DNA of 64,000 nucleotides, taken from positions 80,724,001 through 80,788,000 of the forward strand of contig OX597814.1 of NCBI GenBank assembly GCA_951406725.2, read 5' to 3'. The DNA comes from Octopus vulgaris (taxonomy: Eukaryota). The translations under genes and the position numbers were made by a program. How positions within the stretch are numbered: the stretch's first letter is position 1; the number at the start of each line of letters is the position of its first letter. The notes under the pieces were generated by a model. The model was given only the letters and a program-made list of their open reading frames with translations, did not search any database and had not been told where the DNA came from. Positions 40,728 to 54,059 of the stretch are shown here, piece by piece.

Positions 40728-42359
40728 CACACATACATGCAAATGTATTCTTTTATTGCCTTTAGAGAAAAAGTTGTGGCCCCATTGAAACCCAACTACT
40801 ATGGTATGGTTGATTCCATTGACACCCTGGTACTAATTTTATTGACCAGTAATCATATTTAACTTTAATGAAGGATGAATGGCTAAATGGGTTTCGACAG
40901 TATCTGATCATGGAATGTAAAAAGAAATAATCAAATGCCACATGGTATTTTGTCCCCCAATATTGCTATCCACTTGTCTTTACGGCTGTCTTTACATTCT
41001 GAGTTCAAATTCTGCCAAGGTCAACTTTGCCTTTCATCCTTTCGGGGTTGATAAATTAAGTGCCAGTTGTGTACTGGGGTCAATCTAATCGACTGGTCCC
41101 CTCCCCCAAAATTGTGCCTAGAGTAAAAAAAAATATATTATCCACTCGTGGCTGAGTGGTTAGGGTATTCAGCTCACAACCATAATGTCATGAGTTCAAT
41201 TCCTGGTGATTTATTGCGTCCTTGAGCAAGACACTTTACTTTATGGTGCACAAGTTCACTCAGCTGGAAAAAATAAGTAGTACCTGTATTTCAAAGGGCC
41301 AGCCTTATCCCTTTCTACATCATGCTGAATCTCCCTGAGATCTACATTAAGAGTATACATGTCTGTAGAGTGCTGAGCCACATGCATGTTGACTTCATGA
41401 GCAAGCTGTTCCATTGATTGGATCAACCCTTGTCATCGTAACCAATGGACTATCAGTTTTGTATTTTATTAGTTACAAATGAATTCTCATGATCCTTTAC
41501 TGCCCTCTGCAAAATGACACAAAAATTTACCACTCCTGCCATCATATTGATTTCAAATATTGGCACAAAGCCAGCAATTTCGGAGGAGGGGATAAGTCAA
41601 TTACTGGTACTTATTTCATAGACCCCCAAAAGGATAAAAGGCGAAGTTAACTCTGGTGGTATTTGAACTCATAACAAATTTGGAAAAAATGTTGCTAAAC
41701 ATTTTTCCAAGTGCAGGAACGATTTTAAACTCACTGCCTTTTTTAAAAGATTGGTTTGCTACTTTGATGGTAACTGAACTCACACACCAATATTATGATG
41801 TCAAGAGGTCTGCAATTTTATCCAAAGTAACACACCCACTATCATATTCTTCAGAGTATGAGGCCAAGAATGTTTTGAAATATTAATGGATTTGGAAATA
41901 TTATAGTTCCAAACAACAGAAAAATGTAATAAGAATATAAGGAAATATGAGCAATATAACATGTTTGAAAGAAAATAAACCTCCCTTCACACACACACAC
42001 ACACACACACATACACACACATATATATATATCATCACCATCATCATCATCATCACCATTTAGCATCTACCTTCCATGTTGACAGTTTGACTGAAACTCA
42101 TAAACTGGAGAGCTGCACCAGGTTCCAGTCTGATTTGGCATGGTTTCTACGGCTGGAGGCATTTCCTAACACCAACTACTCCAAGAGTGCTTTTTACATG
42201 TCACTGGCATGGGTACCAGTTATGTGACACCAGTATCAGCCATGACTACAATTTCACTTGGCTTGATAGGTCTTCTCAAGTACGCCATATCGCCAAAGAT
42301 TTCGCTCACTTGTCATTGCCTCTGTGAGGCCCAATGTTCAAAGATTCACCATCTCGTCC

Positions 42360-42630
42360 CATGTCTTCCTGGGTCTACCTCTTTCACAGGTTCCTTCCAC
42401 AGACTGGTACTTCTTTACACAGCTGTCCTCATCCATATGCACCACATGAAGATACCAGTGCAGTCATCTCTCCTGCACACCACATTTGATGCTTCTTATG
42501 CCCAACTTTTCTCTGAAGACGCTTACACTTTGTTGTACATACACACCCTCTATAGCAAGAGAAATGTACTGGCCCTGCTATCATACATTAGTCTCTCAGC
42601 ACCTGACAGAGCCACTTTCTGTCTATAATG
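42360..42630 (-). mobile_element. RTE LINE 3' end fragment
   Basis: Decayed RTE C-terminal coding sequence next to a family-C (GAT)n tail at 42030-42330. Confidence 0.55.
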
Positions 42631-44133
42631 CTCCCACTACAACTCCTGGTGGGTGGCTTTTACCTTTCTTCCTTTTATATTCTTTTTCAGTCTTGCAAAT
42701 TACTTGACAACCTCACTAATGCTGGTGGTATGTAAAAAAGTACCCAGTACACACTATAAGATGGTTGGCATTAGAAAGGGCATCCAGCAGTAGTAAACAT
42801 GTAATCATGTGAAAGCACTGGAGCTCAACACAACCCTTCAAGTTACCAGATCCAGTCTAACTGTTCAATTCATGCCAGCATAGAAGCAGATGTTAAATGA
42901 TGATGGTGATAATGATAATGACGACGGCAATGGTGATGATGATGATGATGATGATATGTATATATGGATTGTGGGTTTGGGATTTTGTGTGTGTATGCAT
43001 TTGTGCATTTATGTATACATGAGTTTAGGTACATGTATATTGTTTAAACAGAACAAGTACACTTTATATTGAGTTGCTTTGTCAATAAATGTCTCTGATG
43101 ATTTTAATCTAACACATATATTAAGTCTGTGCATTTGTGAGAGGAAGAGAGAGAGAGAGATAGTTTTGTATGTAAATAGACACCCATAAAACAGATCAGT
43201 TTAAAGAGTGAACAAAATTGAATTTAAATGTTAAAATCACATGATATTGTCAAAAGATGCACCATGAATTCGTAATGGTTCTACAAATTTTCAAGATATT
43301 ATTTGTTAATCAAATAACTGTTAAAATCTTTAAAGATGGAAAATTTTTCCTGATAGTTCTAATTGGTTTGTTTATCTCAGTAGAATCGAATTAACTTTTG
43401 TCAGGTTATTATTTAAAGGTCTTGAAGCAAATAATCAGAACAGTCAGACAACTCAATTAATCATAAAACTAAATTAAAATTGTAGCAGAGAAGAACGATC
43501 AAAGTCTGGTGAATGTAAACTGAGATTTTCTCTTCCTTTTCATCACTGATCAATGAATGCATACGCATGTGTTTGTGTAAAGCATGATAAATATATCCAG
43601 AGTATTTTAAGTGTATGTGTGTGTGTACATATATATATGCATATATATATGCATATATATATATATACATGGCACGTAAAAAGCACCATCCGATCGTGGC
43701 CGTTTGCCAGCCTCGTCTGGCACCTGTGCAGGTAGCACGTAAAAAGCACCCACTACACTCACGGAGTGGTTGGCGTTAGGAAGGGCATCCAGCTGTAGAA
43801 ACAGTGATAGATCAGACTGGGCCTGGCGCAGCCTTCTGGCTTCCCAGACCCCAGATGAACCGTCCAACCCATGCTAGCATGGAAAACGGACGTTAAACGA
43901 TGCACAGACACATGCACACACACATATATATAAATGCACATACAAGGGCCTTCCACACAGTTTCTATCAACCAAATTCACTCACAAGGCATTGGTTACCA
44001 TAGAACTTTATAGAAGGCACTTGACCAGGTATGAGTCTGTGTATGCATACATATATATATATATATGCATTAGTGTGTGTATGTGAGTATATATATATGT
44101 GTGTATATATATATGTATGTATATCCAGTTATA

Positions 44134-44568
44134 TTGGGTTGTCCGGAAATTTCTTGCCAATTTATATTAGCTTACATTTCGACTTATTTTAGAACATAGT
44201 TGAGTCCATAAAATAGGATTTGACTACACCTCCATTTAAAGCACGGTTTGAGCTATCTTTCCGTGGAAGAAAATATTGCTGCAGTTCAGCTGGGATGTGT
44301 TATCCCACCCTCCATATTCACCAGATATTGCTCCTTCGGATTTCCACTTATTCAGGTTCCTGAAGAATAGTCTTAATGGTAAAAAGTTCAATTCCTTGGA
44401 TGATGTGAAAAGATACCTGGGAAGAGGATATTTTCAAGTTAAAGGAAAGGTGGAGACACACTGTGCAACAAAATGGTTCATATTTGGTTGATTAAAAATG
44501 TAATGGCAAGTATTTATTGGCCTTTTTCTTTCCTTTAAAAATCAGCACAAACTTTCTGGAGAACCCAA
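44134..44568 (+). mobile_element. Internally deleted mariner (DD34D) element
   Basis: TIRs ttgggttgtccggaaa/tttctggagaacccaa with TA flanks; WDVLSHPPYSPDIAPSDFHLFR. Confidence 0.92.
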
Positions 44569-45699
44569 TACATAGTGAGAGAAATAGTATGATGAAATTT
44601 ATTTAACAATAAGAAAACTCAGATATCACAACAAATTGTTTTGTAACTTAAAGCATGTAAATATGATTTGTCTATATATAGACATGCATGCACACACACA
44701 CGCACACATACATATTTATGCATGTACGTATTCATGTATGTATGTATATATGTATGTATGCATGTATCTATGTATGCATGCATGTATGTATGCATATATC
44801 TATGTATGCATGTATGTATGTATGTATGTATGTATTGCAGTTGTCATGATGTTTTCTATCTCTTTCTCTCTTTCTCTCTCTTTCTCTTCTCTTCCTCCTT
44901 ATGTTCCTATTGCCTTCCATGTTATAAATTGCCATGCATTTTAATGGAATCTTTTGAGGGAAAAGAACATGACACAACCAATTCTATGACAATAACCAAA
45001 ATTTCCATAACATAGGGGATCATGGTATTAGAAACCATTTAATAAATAAAATTGTTTGAGTGGAGGAAAGTAGTGGAGAAGTCACACTCAGTTATATTAG
45101 AAATAGTATATTTTCAGTTCAAAATGAAATAAATTGGTTGTATGAAAGGCCTAATGTTCCAAGTAGAGACTTTTGTTAGAGAATAAAGTGTAATGCTCAG
45201 AATGGTACATTTTTCTTCCTCATACAAAGCTAAACTATTCCACTTTTATACTATAATGCATTTAGCCTGCAGTTTAATATCATTCCATTATCATTTTCAG
45301 ACATTGAGCATATCTCTCTGAGGTTGCTCAACCTGCTACAAATAGCAACCAAATTTCCCTCAAATCACAGTATAACTTCTTAAATAAAGGACGCATTAGA
45401 TTAAGTAGTCCTACAGGCCTCTGAAAGGATGGAAGAATTTTTTGATCATTGGTGTAACTCAATCAAGTCTGACCTAAGTAAAAATAACAAACCACCACCA
45501 CCAACAACAACAACAACAAGCATTACTGCTTGCACAGCTTTACTACCCTCTTTTTTTTTTCAAGACATGTTATTGATTATAGCAACTGGAATCATATTCC
45601 TGATTTTACCCAAAATCCAATACAACCCACTTTAAACAGTTACTTAATTCCATTTGCTTCTAATCAAAACCATCTTAAAACAGAGTATCAGATAAACAG

Positions 45700-45759
<60 letters not shown>

Positions 45760-45763
<4 letters not shown>

Positions 45764-46480
45764 AGAATTCACAAAAAAACAAAGGACGAAGACAGGTGGT
45801 GTAGACAACAAACAGATGTATTAGTTTAACACTCAGGAAGTGAAAAAGTCTTTAATGTTTCGAGCCTATATTCTTCCAAAGAAAGGAACACAGAAAGAAA
45901 CAAGGATAGAAAATAAAGAACGTGTAGAGGCTAGCGATCTATCATGGCGAATGCCAGACAGAGGCGTCACACAGGAGAGCTTGGAAAAAGGCGAGATAAT
46001 AAAGTAGTGGTGATCCCAAAACGAAGGTGTGCGTACATGTGTATAACAGAGCATGTATGTGCATGTGGAAGAGGGCTAGTGACATTGATGTGTGCATGTG
46101 TGTATGTGTAGGTGTGTGGATGTGGGGCTGGGAAGTGGTCAGTGCTAGTGTGTGCGTGGTGGTGTGATGTGATATGATGTGGTGTTGTGTGGCATGATAG
46201 TGTAGTGGTGTGTAGTGTGGTGTGATGGTGTTGGGATGTGGAAGAGGCGAGAGTGGGAAAAGCAAGGGTGGGGTGTGGGTTAGGCTGAGGATAGGAGTAG
46301 AGGTGGGGGTATGTGGGTGGGCTGAGGGTGGGGGTAGAGGTGGGGAATGTGGGAGTGGGTGTAAGGGAAGGGGTGGGGTGGAATGGATGGGATGGATAAG
46401 GAAGGTGGGGTTGGATTGTGTAGGGGTGGGGTTACGAGGGAGGGGTGACTATGAAGGGAGACAGGGGAAGGGAGTAATAC
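45760..46480 (-). mobile_element. PLE-like terminal fragment with decayed minimal hammerhead and G/T-rich tract
   Basis: Its first 140 bp are homologous (reverse complement) to 48030-48175 and to 19400-19540; minus strand has ..taggctc GAAAc atta aaga. Confidence 0.5.
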
Positions 46481-46619
46481 ATATCTCTCCTTTCATGTTT
46501 GTCTAAATAACTATCAACCTGTATCACTGGAAGTTTTATGGTGTAACTGTGATTTGCCTTTAAATTTGTCAGTAGGGAAGAAATTCAGCAAGTGTGACCT
46601 TTCCAAATAAATTTATATC

Positions 46620-46876
46620 TTATTTGCTGCTGCTGCTGTTGCTGCTTCTGTTGTTGTTGCTGTTGGTGGTGGTAGTGGTGGCAGCGGTGGTGGTGGTGGT
46701 GGTGGTGGTGGTAGTGTTATTGTTAATGTTACTACTACTACTACTACTATTACTACTACTACTACTACTACTACTATCATTATTATTATCATCATCATTA
46801 TCAACAGACTATCATAATCATTATTATTATTATCATTATTATAAACATGATCATCATGATATTCATCATCATTCTT

Positions 46877-46907
<31 letters not shown>

Positions 46908-47418
46908 TTATTATTATTATTGTTGTTGTTGTTGTTGTTGTTATTATTTATCTTCATCATATAATGATGTACATGAAAATCAAGGATGAAATTGATGATA
47001 ATAATAAGCAACGTTAACATCATCATAAACAGTATTTATATCCTTAAAGATTACTTAGATTGTTATTTTACCTATCATAATTTCTATTGCCATTATCATC
47101 ACCAGTATCGTTGTCATCATCGTCATCATGATCACCATCATCATCATCAATCACATGCTTCACTTCATTCTCTACCTCATTATCAATAATCATCAATCCA
47201 TGTTGTTGCCATTAGCAACACTTATCATCATTATCATCATCATCACCACCACTACCATCATCCCCACCTCCACCACCACCACCACCAACATCATCATCAT
47301 TGTCAATATCATTACTATCACCACAACACACACCACCACTACCACTACCACTGCCGCCTTCACCATCACCACCACAACCATGATGATCAATCATCATTAT
47401 CACCGCCTCCACATACCA

Positions 47419-47455
<37 letters not shown>

Positions 47456-47460
47456 ATTTT
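46620..47460. repeat. Compound trinucleotide microsatellite array
   Basis: (GCT)/(GGT)/(CTA)/(TTA)/(TCT)/(TTG)/(CAT)/(CAC) runs. Confidence 0.95.
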
Positions 47461-47712
47461 CTCTTAATCCTCCTTTTCCCACTTTCACTTTCCCTTTTGC
47501 ACAAGAAAGGTTCCCATAATTTTGACTAGTTGTGTGCATGTATGCATACATGCGTATCAGTGCACACATTTGTCAGCCAGCAGGGGATAAAATGTGTGTG
47601 TGTGTGTAGCATCTCCTGCTGACTATATATATATATATATATATATATACGTTTAAATATTTGTTGTGCAAGATTTATTGGCTAAACTGGCAATATGACC
47701 ATTCCAAAATAT

Positions 47713-47748
<36 letters not shown>

Positions 47749-48689
47749 TTTTATTATTTTATTATTCTTTTATTATTTTTACTTGTTTCAGTCATTTGAC
47801 TTTGGCCATGCTGGAGCACTGCTCTGAAGGATTTTAGTTGAACAAATTGATCCCAGGACTTATTTTTTCTAAGCTTAGTACTTATTCTATCGGTCTCCTT
47901 TGCCAAACCACTAAGTTACAGGGACGTAAACACACCAACACTGGTTGTCAAGCAATGATGGGGAGACAAACAAAGATACAAAGACACACACACACACACA
48001 TATATAAACATATATATTATTTGCCTCTCTGTTTATTTTCTCTTATTCCTTTCTGTTGAAGAGTGTAGGATCAAAATGTAAAAGACCTTTACACTTTCCT
48101 GAGCATCAAACTAATACACCTGTTTGTTCTTCATATATCCATCCTCATCTTTTGTTTTTCTATAAATTTCAACTATATATATGTATATGTGTGTGTGTTT
48201 GTGTATACAAATACACACACACGATGGGCTTCATTCAGTTTCCAACTACCAAAACCACACAGCCACATATGTATACATATCATCGTCATCATAATTAAAC
48301 ATCTGTCTTCTATGCCGGCATTAGTTGGCTTTTGACAGGAGCTGGTAAGCCAGAGGACTACACCATAGGCCACTGTCTACTTTGGGCATGGTTTATAAAG
48401 CTGGATGCCCTTCTAAAAACCAACCACATTACTGAATGGACTGGGTGCTTTTTACATGGCACCAGCACCAGTGAGGTCACCAAGTAACTTGCAAGACAAA
48501 GATCTCTCAAGTGATGGTGGGTTATTAAAGGAGGTAGCTTTGTGCTAGGTGATGAGAGCTTAGAGTATGACTGAGGAACAGAAGCAGGTGTCTTGCTGTA
48601 GAGGAAATACATAGTTACCCCAGCTGGAGGGAGGGAGAATATATACTATAGTCTGTCATTGTATTTATCAACAGGTTCTTTCTTTTCCT

Positions 48690-49005
48690 CATATATCATC
48701 ATCATCAATGGCATCATTATCATGTTTATCAACATCTGTTTCAAAATCATTAACATCATCATCATTACTACCATTGTCCTCTTCAACAGTGTCATCTTTA
48801 TCTTCCTCACCACCACCATCATCATCATTATTGTCATCATAATCATCAACAACATCAGTATCATTATCATCACCAACACCATTATCAACATCATCAGCCT
48901 CATAATAATCATCATTTGTAGCATTAGCAACATCATCATCATCTTCGTCATCTTCATAATCATAGTCATCATCATTGTTGTTGTCATCATGTTTATCAAC
49001 ATTAG
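48690..49005. repeat. Degenerate (CAT)n array
   Basis: Visible tandem repeat. Confidence 0.9.
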
Positions 49006-49227
49006 AAAAACAGATAGCTGTACTTTATTGAATTATTGTATTATTTAAGTTGATATCATTCAAAGTTTTCTTTGGCAAAGAATGATAAGGCTTTATTGTT
49101 TGTTGTTTTTTACTTTTTTTTTCAAATGTTAAAGTATGATCTTCAGTTAGCCTTTAAAAAAATGCTATCTTATTTGTGTAACTGTATTTCTATTTCATCC
49201 TCCTCATCATCATTATTGTCATCCCCC

Positions 49228-49435
49228 TGTGACCGCGTGTGTACCGTTGGCGATTTTTTTTCCTCTGTCTTCCCTTCTCTAGATCTTTCCTTTTCCTATG
49301 TTTCTGACGAAGAGCTCCGCTCGAAACGTAAAACCCTCCTTCTTCCCTTCCTTCCTGAGCGTCCAATAATACTATATTTGTTCCACGTCCTCATGTTGTG
49401 TTTTCTCATTGTGTTTTCATGTTTGGATTAACTTT
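49228..49435 (+). mobile_element. About 210-bp non-autonomous element with intact minimal hammerhead
   Basis: Inverted homologue of 3628-3836; ends in (TA)n. Confidence 0.75.
49300..49334 (+). ncRNA. Minimal (dimer-type) type I hammerhead, intact core
   Basis: gttt CTGACGA a gagc tcc gctc GAAA c GTA aaac. Confidence 0.8.
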
Positions 49436-49670
49436 ATATATATATATATGAATTACTTATAAGGATTCAATAAAATCTAGGCACATCAACACACAGGATG
49501 CCAGAAATGGCTAGGTACAATAATATAGAGTTCACAGTGAGTTACACAATAATGAAAAGTATTACTTGTCGGTAGAATACTGCAGATATGTAAGTACCAA
49601 ATCCATTTTAAACTTTAGCTTCAACTCTTGAGTTGGTTCCAGGCATGGCATAGGAATGAAAGAAGAACAG

Positions 49671-49900
49671 AAATGGCATTTTAAATTTATGACAGTTGTT
49701 TTGGCAGAATTTTATTGATATCTTCATAAATCTTCCATAACATTGAATTCATCATGTTCAATGTATGAAGTCTCACCTGTTTGAAATTTTATCGGTTTAA
49801 AATTTCACCTGAAGATAGTGGATTATATGTTATGAACTAATTTATGAATACATCCAGAAAATTCTACCGAAACACCCATCTTAAATTTTAAATGCCATTT
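49671..49900. repeat. Old palindrome with hammerhead fossil
   Basis: Inverted arms aaatggcatttt..; CTGAAGA 49809, GAAAC 49869, cleavage site decayed to ATC. Confidence 0.55.
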
Positions 49901-49929
49901 GTATTCCCTTTATATACATACTTACATAC

Positions 49930-49963
<34 letters not shown>

Positions 49964-50358
49964 CAACCACTTTGAGAGTGTAAAAAGCACCCGCTACACT
50001 CTCGGAGTGGTTGGCATTAGGAATGGCATCCAGCTGTAGAAACCTTGCCAAATCAGACTGAAGCCTGGTGCAGCCTCCCAGACTGCCAGTTCTCAGTCAA
50101 ACCATCCAACCCATGCCAGCATGGAAAACAGACGTTAAACAATGATGATGAGGAGGAGGATTTTATATATATAGTGATTGGCGTTAGGAAGGGCATCCAG
50201 CTGTAGAAACTCTGCCAGATCAAGATTGGAGCCTGGTGCAACCATCTGGTTAGCCAGTCCTCAGTCAAATCATCCAACCCATGCTAGCATGGAAAGCGGA
50301 CGTTAAACGATGATGATGATATATATATGTATATATATAGTTAGTAAATCATAAATCA

Positions 50359-50417
50359 GGGTCTGTAAAGATGCTGTAAAGCTAAGCGCTTTGTGGACAT
50401 GAAACCCTGGGTAACCC
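50359..50417 (+). ncRNA. Hammerhead-like motif with altered core
   Basis: gggt CTGTAAA g atgctgtaaagc taagc gctttgtggacat GAAAC cctgg GTA accc. Confidence 0.5.
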
Positions 50418-50620
50418 CATACACCGGCCATAAGTATCTTTAGCTGAAATATATATGGCTTTTTTGGACTGACTCTTCCAAAGAAGGAATAATCTCAACG
50501 ATAATGGCATGAAACTATTATGATCTCTTGGATGCTGTCTGATGAGGAACGAGCTATGAATTTTCTGTTTGTGTTTTTGTCAAATTTTCTGGTTGTTATG
50601 TCTTTAGGAAAAGCCTTGAA

Positions 50621-50708
<88 letters not shown>

Positions 50709-50710
50709 CA

Positions 50711-51298
50711 TAATAATAATATTAGGGAATATTATTCCAAACTTACAGGGAAAAATTCAATTTAGTAATACTAAATCAAATTTCACCATATATAATATAT
50801 GTATATAAATTAGAGAAGAACTACCTTTTATCAATTCAACAATGAAATAACAATGATATAATTCAATTACACCATATAGAAAAAATTAAATATACAATAA
50901 AAACATATACCAATAATTAAGTAAAGTACAAAATAATAAATAAAATGTATATAATCGGTAAAAAGACTACATGTGTTTCATGGAGAAAAGATGGTTCTTG
51001 TGTAGTCTTTTTACCAATTATATACTTTTTATTTATAATTTTGTACTTTACTTAATTATTGGTATATGTTTTTATTGTATATTTAATTTTTTTCTATATG
51101 ATATAATTTGATTATATCATTGTTATTTCATTGTTGAAATGATAAAAGGTGGTTCTTCTCTAATTTATATACATATATTATATATATAATATATATATAA
51201 ATTAGAGAGAACCAGTATTATTATGTGAAATTTGATTTAATACTAAATTGAATTTTTCCCTGTAAGTTTGGAGTTATACTCCCTAATATTATTATTAT
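50711..51298. repeat. Long AT-rich palindrome (about 260-bp arms), PLE-like
   Basis: Inverted arms around a spacer at about 50975-50998; minus strand has GAAAC acat GTA gtc at the centre. Confidence 0.9.
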
Positions 51299-51609
51299 TT
51301 TTATTATATTATATCATATTATATCATATGATATTATATTATATTATATTATATTATATTATATCATATATACATTGTGTGCGTCTGTGTCTGTGTGTCT
51401 GAATGTGTATGTTTGTGTGTCCTTGTCTTGTGATTGTATGTTGTTTAAATACAAACAACAATGTCACACAAAATTGGTGTCATTCATTTTGCAACCTTGA
51501 AGAAATATTACTTTGCATGGAAACAAGTGAGGGTTGATGACAGGAATGTGCCTCAATGAAAACTCCTCTGAACCATGCAAGTGTGGAAAAGTAGACATTA
51601 AAGCAATGA

Positions 51610-51921
51610 TGGGGATGACGGCAATGTCAATGATGACAACGATGTTGATGACAACGACAATGATGACAACAACGATGATGTTGATGATGATGATGACAAT
51701 GATGATGTTGATGATGGTGATTATGACAATGATGGCAATGACAACAGTGACAACGATGATGATAGTGATGATGATGATGATGACAACAATAATGATGATG
51801 ATGACGATGATGGCAACAATGACAACAGTAACAACAGTAACAATGACAATGGCAATAACAACAATGGTGATAGACAATGATCATGCTGCTGCTGCTGCTG
51901 ATTATGATGATGATGATGATT

Positions 51922-51969
<48 letters not shown>

Positions 51970-51978
51970 TTGATGATT

Positions 51979-52021
<43 letters not shown>

Positions 52022-52060
52022 CGACGACAATGATGATGATGATGATGATGACAACACAGA
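51610..52060. repeat. (GAT)n / (GAC,AAC,AAT) trinucleotide array
   Basis: Visible tandem repeat extending a SINE tail. Confidence 0.95.
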
Positions 52061-52729
52061 TGCAATGTCTTTGAGCATAAGTCTGCTCCTCAATTAGGGA
52101 CAACATGACAAAATATTTCTCATTGTGAAAAATGGCCAGGCTAATAGATTTTAACATGATCTGAATTCATGACCTTCTTGCCACTAGTAACATTTTTTGT
52201 CAATTTTACAACCTTTGAGCCACTTCTCTTTTACACGAGTGCCAAGCCTAAGCCTAAGCCCTAACATAACACCGCACCACCATGCCACACTATACTGTTA
52301 CCGCAAATAGATGAGGTGTGAGTAGCAAAACTGAGGTGAGAATATTTCAACTTTTATAATAATATATTCTGGCACATCAAAACAAGCTTCAGCCAACAGC
52401 AACCAACAGCATCTTTCCAAAATTTCTCCCTAAGGTAATTAGAAGAAAGCTTTATTGCCAAATTCTCTCAATAACATCAATACTTATTTTAAAGTATTTT
52501 CTGGAAAAGTTTCACAATTTTTATTTATTTATTCTATTTGTTTGGATTTTTTTTTATTATATATCATATACTTTTTTAATGTTTTTTATGCATTATTTTG
52601 CTTTTCAAATTAGATTTTAGAGGAAGGATGTAAGTCAGATTTTTAAGTCTTTCCAACTAACTTTGGCATTGTATTATTTCAGTTTTTGTTTTATTTTTAG
52701 TCTCTTGTTAGTTTTCTTTTTCTTTGCAG

Positions 52730-52800
52730 GGGTGAAAGAAGCCAAAACTGTCTTCTTTGATGGATTACTGAAAAAACTCTTTCAAATAATTTCAACGCAA
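52730..52800 (+). CDS. Candidate 71-nt exon
   Basis: Long pyrimidine tract plus tgcag|, single open frame VKEAKTVFFDGLLKKLFQIISTQ, then |gtaatg. Confidence 0.35.
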
Positions 52801-52915
52801 GTAATGATTTAGGTCCCAGACTTCCAAATGAAGTATTGCATATGTATAGTGATATAGATTAGATAATATTCCGCTAAAAATGATTCTACTGCTGCTGCCA
52901 CTGCTGCTGCTTTTG

Positions 52916-52975
<60 letters not shown>

Positions 52976-53491
52976 TGTTTCATTATCTATGTCAGAAGAG
53001 AAGGAATAATGTTCATAACCATTCCAGGCCCAGCAAGTCTACTGAGATAGATATGATTAGTGTCCATAAACATGTATAAGAGGGAAAAAATTAAATAAAA
53101 AGAAGCTAGTCTGAGTAAATGGTGATCATCATAATCATCATCATCATTATTTTAGTATCCACGTTTTCATGCTTGCATGGATTAGATGGAATTTGCTGAA
53201 GTGAATTTTTCTACAGTTGGATGTCCTTTCTATTGCCAACCCTCACCTGTTTCCAAGTAAGGTAATATTTCCCCATGACTAGACATGTTTACATGGAAGA
53301 TTGGAAACGAAACACTCTGCTTGCACAACAGTGATACTTGTCTACAACTATCATACAATGTCATTAACTTTACTACAACCATCAGCATATTTTCATTGTT
53401 GATATTATGAGTTTGGAAACAGAAATTTATGCATTACTTGTTCATTTAAGCACATTACATCATAGATGTGTTGTTTGTTTACATTCTAGAT

Positions 53492-54059
53492 CAGTGATTC
53501 TCAACTAGGGTCCATATAAGATTTCTGGAGGTCCATGCAAACAAACTAGGAAAAAGGGGATCCACTGTAGTATTTTAATCCTTTAGCATTCAGATTATTC
53601 TAAAGTTTATGTATTTACACTATGTTAAATTAATCATGCATTATATCATGGCTTTGAGATTTCCATGATGTGATTGTTTACTTTTAAAATAACACTATAA
53701 GGTAGCTATGAAAGACCATGTCTGACCAGTTTGAAGATAAAACAGGTAGAATATTTTGGCTAGATATGGCTGGTTTAAACACTAAAAAGTTAAAGGTCAA
53801 TGAGAATATTTTCCTTTAAATGCATTTATTGCAAGAAACAACTAAGCTTCTTTCTCAACATGCTTCCAGCCACTGAAACATGTTCTCTCAGAAAGTAATA
53901 TTGCAAACCTAATGAGGGAACATATTGAAAAACAAAACAGGAATTTTGAAAGTATTATCTATAAAATTAGTTTTTAAACATTGAATAGCTGTGGGAGTCC
54001 ACCAGAATAAAATAGTTATCAAAGGGATCCATACGTAAAAAAATGGTTGATAATCACTG
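53492..54059. mobile_element. hAT-type non-autonomous transposon with a nested TTAA MITE
   Basis: TIRs cagtgattctcaac/gttgataatcactg; exact 8-bp TSD TTCTAGAT (53484-53491, 54060-54067); nested MITE 53575-53793. Confidence 0.9.

Noticed and set aside
46594-52157. Homopolymeric-residue ORFs (poly-M/D/H/I/T)
   Set aside because: Trinucleotide arrays without splice or compositional support; not CRISPR-like (no unique spacers between fixed repeats).
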